Assembly: GCA_963782055.1 (NCBI GenBank) | Contig: CAWAIF010000003.1 | Location: 3,328,001 to 3,392,000 of the forward strand | Direction: 5' to 3' | DNA length: 64,000 nucleotides | From: an uncultured delta proteobacterium | GTDB lineage: Bacteria; Myxococcota_A; Polyangia; Polyangiales; Polyangiaceae | Shown: in pieces, positions 58,901 through 64,000 of the stretch | Numbering within the stretch: position 1 is the first letter of the stretch | Layout: each line of letters opens with the position of its first letter | Notes under the pieces: generated by a model | Seen by the model: the letters and a program-made list of their open reading frames with translations, nothing else | What the model was told of the DNA's origin: nothing | Database searches by the model: none | Program-made: the position numbers and the translations under genes

Positions 58901-60125
58901 GCGGGCGTCGCTGGCGCGAGCACACCTCGCGCGAGGCGACCTGGCGGTGGGGGAGTCGCTGCTGCTGGAGTGCCTGTCGGAGGGCGACGTGGAGGCGGGC
59001 GATCAGCTCGCGGCGATGCTCCAGCGCGAGGGCGATCGCGGTGGCGACCTGGTGCGCGTGCGGCGCCTGCAGGTGGAGCACGCGCCGGGCGACGTGCGGC
59101 TGCTCGTCGCGCTCCGTGAGGCGGCGCTGGGGGATCGCAACCTGACCTACGCCCGGGCGATCGATCACGTGCTGCGCGCGCTGGACCCCGGCGCAGGCCC
59201 GCTACCGCCGCCGCCGCTGTCGGTGCAGGTGGAGCACCAGGGGCTCCTCACGCTGCTCGCGCGTCCCGCGCTGGACGCGGTGGGGGAGGCCCTCGCGCTT
59301 GTTTGGGAGGGCGCGGGCTCGGTGCTGGCGCGCGATCCGGCGAGCTACGCCATCAGCGGGCTGGAGCGCGTGGCGCCCGGATCGCAGACGACGATCGCGC
59401 GGCTCTACGAGCTGGCGCTGCGACTGCTGGGGTCACCCAACATCCCGCTGTACGCGCGGCGGGCGCCGGGGACGAGCGGGGAGGGGCCCGCGTCCACGAC
59501 GCGGGTGCCGTCCACTCCACCGGGCGGCCTCGCGGCGGGGGTGGCGCTCTTGCCGGTGCTCTCCGCCACGCTGGTGGGGGACGTGCGGGAGGACAGCGTG
59601 GCGCTGCGCTACGCGCTGGGGCAGGCCGTCGCCGCGGCGCTGCCGCAGAGCGCGCTGGTGATGGGGCTGCCGGAGAGCGAGGGGCGGGTGCTGTGGAACG
59701 CGGTGCTCGCGTCCTTCGGGCCGCCGGAGTTCGGGAAGCTGAGCGATCCGTCGGGCACCCGCCTGGTGCAGACGTTCTGGAACACGGTGCCACCGCGGGT
59801 ACAGCGGCGGCTGCAGGAGGTGCTCGCCAAGGTGCCCACCGACTTCGACGGGATCGTGGAGCGCTCGCGGCAGAGCCGGCGGCGGGTGGGGATGTTCCTG
59901 GCGGGCGACTTCGGGTACGCGGCGCGGGTGACGGCGGCGGACCTGGGCCTGGACGCGGCGAAGCTGCACATCGACGACCTGGCGGTGGTGTGCCGGTCGT
60001 TCCCGCCGCTCGCCGACCTGGTACGCCTGGCGGTGAGCCCGGAGTACGCCGACGCGCGGTTCCGGCCGATGCCGGAGGGCGCGCCGCGTGCCACACTCTC
60101 CAGCGGACGGTACAGGATCCTGTGA
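52982..60125 (+). CDS. Giant TPR-repeat protein (about 2380 aa if joined), interrupted by a single extra base at about 55087-55088
   Basis: Frame of ORF 52982 is protein-like to ..PLGDL (55087), then Arg/Gly-rich shadow. The frame of ORF 55167 is protein-like from 55089 (IAEGLVALSELEP..) to TGA 60123-60125. Confidence 0.8.
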
Positions 60126-60727
60126 AGCGGCGTGGCAGGCGGTGGCTGGGGGTGCTCGGAGCGTCGGCGCTGGCGTCGGCGCTGGTGGGCCCGGCCTGCA
60201 TCCTGGCGGACCCGCCGCCGGAGCTGGTGGTGCCGGGGCACAGGCGACCGGCGATCGTGACCATGTCGGTGCGACCGGTGCTCTCGGAGAAGATCCGGTC
60301 GGTCGCGGACATCCCGCCGCCGGCGGGGATGGCGGCGTTCGTGGAGGTGGATCCGGACGTGCCGCTGGAGTGGCGGGTGTTCGTGGACGGCGAGGTGAAG
60401 CGGTTCGGGACGGTGCAGCCGCAGCCGCAGACGGCGTTGGCGGAAGCGGGGACGGTGGACACGCGCACCATCACCTTCGGCCTCGACCCCACCGACGGCG
60501 TGGACGACTCGGCGTGTCACGTGATCCAGCTCTCCGTCGCGCTGGCGTTCACCGCCGACAACAAACCGGTCGAGCCGCCCGGGGGCGACACGGCGTACTG
60601 GTTCTTCGAGCCGGTGGACTGCGCGCTGTTCGACGCCGGTCCGGTGCCCGACGCCGGCGACGCGGGGGACGGCGGCGACGCGAGCGACGACGCGGCGGAC
60701 GCGGACGACGCGGGGGTCGACCCGTGA
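60122..60727 (+). CDS. Hypothetical lipoprotein (201 aa)
   Basis: GTG overlapping the upstream stop; KRRGRR, hydrophobic stretch and GPA-C; acidic DAG-repeat tail. Confidence 0.75.
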   Translation: MKRRGRRWLGVLGASALASALVGPACILADPPPELVVPGHRRPAIVTMSVRPVLSEKIRSVADIPPPAGMAAFVEVDPDVPLEWRVFVDGEVKRFGTVQPQPQTALAEAGTVDTRTITFGLDPTDGVDDSACHVIQLSVALAFTADNKPVEPPGGDTAYWFFEPVDCALFDAGPVPDAGDAGDGGDASDDAADADDAGVDP

Positions 60728-62604
60728 GAACGTGGCCGCTCGTCGCGGCGACGACGCTGGTCTTCGCGGCGTGCGACGCCGTCGACGTGCCCGTAGACCC
60801 GCTCCCGCCGTACAACCGCTGCGAGAGCGACGAGCAGTGCAACACGCGCTACCCGGGGCTGGGGACCACGTGCGACCCGACGGCGGGTGCGTGCGCGCGC
60901 GCGGGCCTGAGCGGCATCGTCTACCTGGTCTCGATGCCGGACGATTCGCCGTACGCGCCGGGGATGGATTTGCTCATCGACGGCACCAGCTTCCCGAAGA
61001 ACTACGTGGCGTGCGGGAGCGAGAAGTGCACCGCGCCGCCGCCGCTGAACACGACGACGGGGATCGTGACGGTGTCGATCACCCCCGCGCAGGCGCTCTG
61101 GCCGCCGGACGGCCTGCGCCCCAACACCCCCCTCCCGACGAGGAACTCGCCCACGAGCCTCCCGGTCGCGGCGGTGTTTCGCCCGATGTGGAAGGACCCG
61201 GCCACCACGACATGGCTGGAGGCGAGGGATCTCGGCATTCAGATCGCCGACCGGCGCTCGGTGCCGACCACCACGCCCACCCCACCGGCCCCCACCAACG
61301 GGACGACGGATGGCCCCGGAGTCGGGTACTCCGTCCAGGTTCAGTCGGGGACGCCGGCGGCGCCGGCCTACTTCGACATCGAGCTGAGCCCCAGCGAGCC
61401 CTACACGGCCTTTCCTCCGGTGTTGCTCGCGCAGACGCCGGTGTCGTCGGGCAGCGCCGTCCTCAACGTGGAGAACGTCGGCGGGCAGGGATTGCTGGTG
61501 CTGGACGACATCACCTACACGTTGCAGCTCGGCGCGGGCGCCCCCAACCTCGCCGGGTGGTCGCTCTACCTCGTCGACGCGCACGACCGCCGCATCTCCT
61601 CGCTCGGCGTCCTCAGGGGGACGCCTGGCGAGCAGGTGGTGCTGCACCGCCCGCTCGTGACCACCGGGACGCAGCAGGCGCTGCTGCTCCAGCCACCGAT
61701 CGGCTCCAAGGCGCTGCCCTACCTCCGCATCGAGGCGCAGAGCGGGGTGATTCCCACGGCCATCCAGCTCTCGGCGCTCCCCGCGCCGGTGCTGGTGCGC
61801 GGGAGCGTGACCTCGCAAGCGGACTTCACACGGCACGTGCAGGCGGACATCGTGTTCGACGCGCCGGCCTATTCGGTCGACGGGCTGACGCCGCCCAACG
61901 TCGTCCCGTACGCGTACCGTACGCGCGTCTCCACCGACGCCGACGGCAAGTACGAGGTGACGCTGCCGCCCGGCGAGTACAAGGTCTACGTCGCCCCGAA
62001 GGATCCGGACCTCGCTCTGACGGTGCTCTCCGCCAAGGTGGGCGCCGCGGATCCGGTCATCAACGGTCGCGGCCTGGAGGTGGTGGCGCGGGCGCACCTG
62101 CGAGGACGCGCGCTCACCTCCAGCGGCGCTCCGCTGAGCTTCGCGACGGTCGTGGTGACGGCGGAGCCGGCGGCGGACCGGCGGCTGCAGAAGACGGCGG
62201 ACCCGCTCGCCGTGCCGCGGACGGTCAGGGCGACCACCGGCGGCGACGGGACCTTCGACGCGCTCGTGGACCCGGAGCTCGGGACCGCCTACGACGTCAC
62301 GGTCGAGCCGGCGGGTGGGACCAACTTTCCGTGGGTGGTGATGCACTCGGTGGTGGTGGACAAGGCCGATGTGACCCTCCCCGACGTGACGGTGCCCCCG
62401 CCCTATGTGGCGGAGGGCTTCCTCTCCGATCCCAACGGCGCGGCCGTCATCCCCCATGCCATGATCCGTGCCTACGCCTTCCCGGTGCCCGCCGGCGACG
62501 CCGACGGCGGGGCGCCGCGGACGCGCGGGGCTCGCCTCGTCGGCCAGACCCTGACGGCCGCCGACGGATCCTTCCGGCTCTTTCTTTCCCTCCCACGGCC
62601 CTAG
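60724..62604 (+). CDS. Lipoprotein with Cys-rich N-terminus and carboxypeptidase-regulatory/prealbumin-like beta domains (626 aa)
   Basis: GTG overlapping the upstream stop; lipobox FAA-C; CESDEQC; TDADGKYEVTLPPGEY, TTGGDGTF, TAADGSF repeats. Confidence 0.78.
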   Translation: MRTWPLVAATTLVFAACDAVDVPVDPLPPYNRCESDEQCNTRYPGLGTTCDPTAGACARAGLSGIVYLVSMPDDSPYAPGMDLLIDGTSFPKNYVACGSEKCTAPPPLNTTTGIVTVSITPAQALWPPDGLRPNTPLPTRNSPTSLPVAAVFRPMWKDPATTTWLEARDLGIQIADRRSVPTTTPTPPAPTNGTTDGPGVGYSVQVQSGTPAAPAYFDIELSPSEPYTAFPPVLLAQTPVSSGSAVLNVENVGGQGLLVLDDITYTLQLGAGAPNLAGWSLYLVDAHDRRISSLGVLRGTPGEQVVLHRPLVTTGTQQALLLQPPIGSKALPYLRIEAQSGVIPTAIQLSALPAPVLVRGSVTSQADFTRHVQADIVFDAPAYSVDGLTPPNVVPYAYRTRVSTDADGKYEVTLPPGEYKVYVAPKDPDLALTVLSAKVGAADPVINGRGLEVVARAHLRGRALTSSGAPLSFATVVVTAEPAADRRLQKTADPLAVPRTVRATTGGDGTFDALVDPELGTAYDVTVEPAGGTNFPWVVMHSVVVDKADVTLPDVTVPPPYVAEGFLSDPNGAAVIPHAMIRAYAFPVPAGDADGGAPRTRGARLVGQTLTAADGSFRLFLSLPRP

Positions 62605-62633
62605 GGCCCGCGTGTATCGTAGGTCCCGAGCCC

Positions 62634-63236
62634 ATGGAGCAGGACAGCAAGATCAATCTCCTCGCGAAGGTCGCGCGCACCACCATGCCGCAGGACGGTG
62701 TGCCGGAGGGGAGCACCGGGATGTCCATCCTGACGCTGGCGGCCGCGTCCTACGGCGCGCGCCCCAACGACGACGCCACCGTGCCGACGGGCTTCGATCC
62801 CAACGCCGCCAAGCTCTTCGAGGCGATCATGGAGGGCGCGTACCTGGTGGCGTCGGCCGACGGCGTCTTCGACGCGACCGAGCGCGCGACCTTCGAGAAG
62901 GTCCTCTGGGTGGCGTGCGGGGGTGTGGTGGCCGAGTCGGAGATCGGCGCGCTCGTCGCCGACTTCGCCGACCAGCTCGCCGAGGACGGCCTGGACAGGC
63001 GTGTCGCGGCGGTGGGTGAGCAGATCCAGAAGCGGAGCCACGCGCTGGAGGTGCTGCGCATCGCCGCGCTGCTCGCGCAGACGAGCGAAGACGTGAGCGA
63101 CGTGGAGCGGACCGTGCTGAACAAGATCGCGAAGGCGTGTGGGCTGGACGAGCCCGCCGTGGACACCGCGCTCGCCGACGTGCGCTCGGCGCTCGCGGGG
63201 GCGGGCAGCCGTCCGCCGCCCGCCGCGTCCTCCTGA
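62634..63236 (+). CDS. TerB-family (tellurite-resistance-like) protein
   Basis: AYLVASADGVFDATERA..AQTSEDVSDVERTVLNKIAKACGL TerB signature. Confidence 0.8.
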   Translation: MEQDSKINLLAKVARTTMPQDGVPEGSTGMSILTLAAASYGARPNDDATVPTGFDPNAAKLFEAIMEGAYLVASADGVFDATERATFEKVLWVACGGVVAESEIGALVADFADQLAEDGLDRRVAAVGEQIQKRSHALEVLRIAALLAQTSEDVSDVERTVLNKIAKACGLDEPAVDTALADVRSALAGAGSRPPPAASS

Positions 63237-63256
63237 GCGGCGACTCGACGCGCCCT

Positions 63257-63302
63257 CCCTGTCCCCCCTGTCCCCCCTGTCCCTCCCCCCTGTCCCCGGA
63301 CA
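63257..63302. repeat. TGTCCC(CCC) short tandem repeats ending in palindrome TGTCC-cc-GGACA
   Basis: TGTCCC copies at 63260, 63269, 63278 and 63291; palindrome at 63291-63302. Confidence 0.8.
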
Positions 63303-63370
63303 CCAAACGTCGGAGCGCAAGCGTGCTTGCACTTCGACGTTTCGGCCGGAAACGCGGAGAGGGGGGGCGT

Positions 63371-63384
63371 GGCATGGGAGGTGC
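63371..63384 (+). promoter_or_regulatory. Putative sigma54 -24/-12 promoter of MarR-like gene 2
   Basis: T-GG-CATGGGAGGT-GC, 13 nt before ATG 63398. Confidence 0.6.
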
Positions 63385-63397
63385 TCTGCGGGGTGGG

Positions 63398-64000
63398 ATG
63401 GACCCTGTGTTCTTCACCATCAAGCGGGCCTACTACGCGACGTTGCGGCTGACGCGGCGGGCCCTCCGCGCGATGGGGCTCACGGCGGCGCGGTTCGATC
63501 TGCTCGACGCGCTGTACCGCCTCGGGACCCGCACCATTCACCTTCAGAGTCAGATTCGGCGCGCGCTCGGCGTGGCGCGCTCGACGATCAGTCGCATGAT
63601 GCGCTCGCTCGAGCAGCTCGGGCTGGTCGAGCGGCGGCGCGACGGGCGGGATTGCATCGTCGCGCTCACGCCCGAGGGGCGACGCCGCGTACGCCGGGCG
63701 TTCTTCGGGCTGGTCCTCGTCGGGCACGTCGGGTTCGCGCTGGACGGCGCGCTGGCGCCGGGTGAGCGCCGCTGGCCCGCCGCGCGCGCGTGCGCGAGCG
63801 CCCGCAGGCACCTGGAAGCGCTGTGCATGCGCATTCGAACCGGCTTCGGCGACGAGGCTACCCTCGACAGGCTCACCGAGTACGGCTTCTGGGTGCTCCG
63901 GGAGGAGGAGCGGGTGCGGCGTGCCCGCGCGCATCGCGAGCGCCGCCAGGCGCGGCTCGATTCGAGCGTACGGGCTCGGCGGTTCGCCGCAGTGACCCCG
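63398..64000 (+). CDS. MarR-family regulator, paralog of 1004-1510 (no stop inside the window; absent from the ORF track)
   Basis: Manual translation: MDPVFFTIKRAYYATLRLTRRALRAMGLTAARFDLLDALY..QSQIRRALGVARSTISRMMRSLEQLGLVERRRDGRDCIVALTPEG..RIRTGFGDEATL. Confidence 0.85.
   Translation, partial: MDPVFFTIKRAYYATLRLTRRALRAMGLTAARFDLLDALYRLGTRTIHLQSQIRRALGVARSTISRMMRSLEQLGLVERRRDGRDCIVALTPEGRRRVRRAFFGLVLVGHVGFALDGALAPGERRWPAARACASARRHLEALCMRIRTGFGDEATLDRLTEYGFWVLREEERVRRARAHRERRQARLDSSVRARRFAAVTP

Noticed and set aside
62634..63236. ter tellurite-resistance operon
   Set aside because: A single TerB-like gene; no terA/C/D/Z neighbours.

Overview
This is a very GC-rich bacterial chromosomal segment. 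Gene content and style point to Myxococcota, probably Polyangiaceae/Labilithrix-like: a LonV-type Lon, Ser/Thr kinase, zinc-ribbon/GYF/TPR proteins, giant TPR proteins, and many Cys- and DAG-rich lipoproteins. The taxonomic call is inference. The housekeeping backbone is queG (partial), meaB, pgi, nth, gyrA, a MrfA/Hrq1-type helicase, lspA-lgt, folD, parB-parA, tig-clpP-clpX-(ORF)-lon and tRNA-Val/tRNA-Asp. Accessory envelope genes follow. No integrase, transposase, CRISPR array or rRNA was seen. Main findings: (1) A copper-handling operon (30673-33503, minus strand) headed by a DUF2946/CutF/CruR-like Cys-rich leader ORF. Its terminal Pro codons (unusual CCT-CCT) are exactly complementary to the Shine-Dalgarno of the next gene, suggesting a metal-sensing ribosome-arrest switch. 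It controls two YtkA-like lipoproteins, a Cys-Cys beta-barrel and CusF, and a near-perfect 34-bp palindrome lies upstream. (2) Two paralogous MarR-like genes 62 kb apart share a homologous upstream cassette: a TGTCC-nn-GGACA palindrome and a sigma54 -24/-12 box exactly 13 nt before a leaderless ATG. (3) A ferritin-like di-iron enzyme is paired with a small lipoprotein carrying repeated xN(A/G)P motifs, a possible RiPP-like modification system. (4) Leaderless-type -10 boxes are pervasive. (5) A membrane-anchored dead-DsbA/DsbA/FKBP fusion and a candidate 3'UTR sRNA upstream of tig. Two single-base frameshifts (nth, giant TPR gene) may be assembly errors. All family assignments come from motif recognition by eye; no database search was run.
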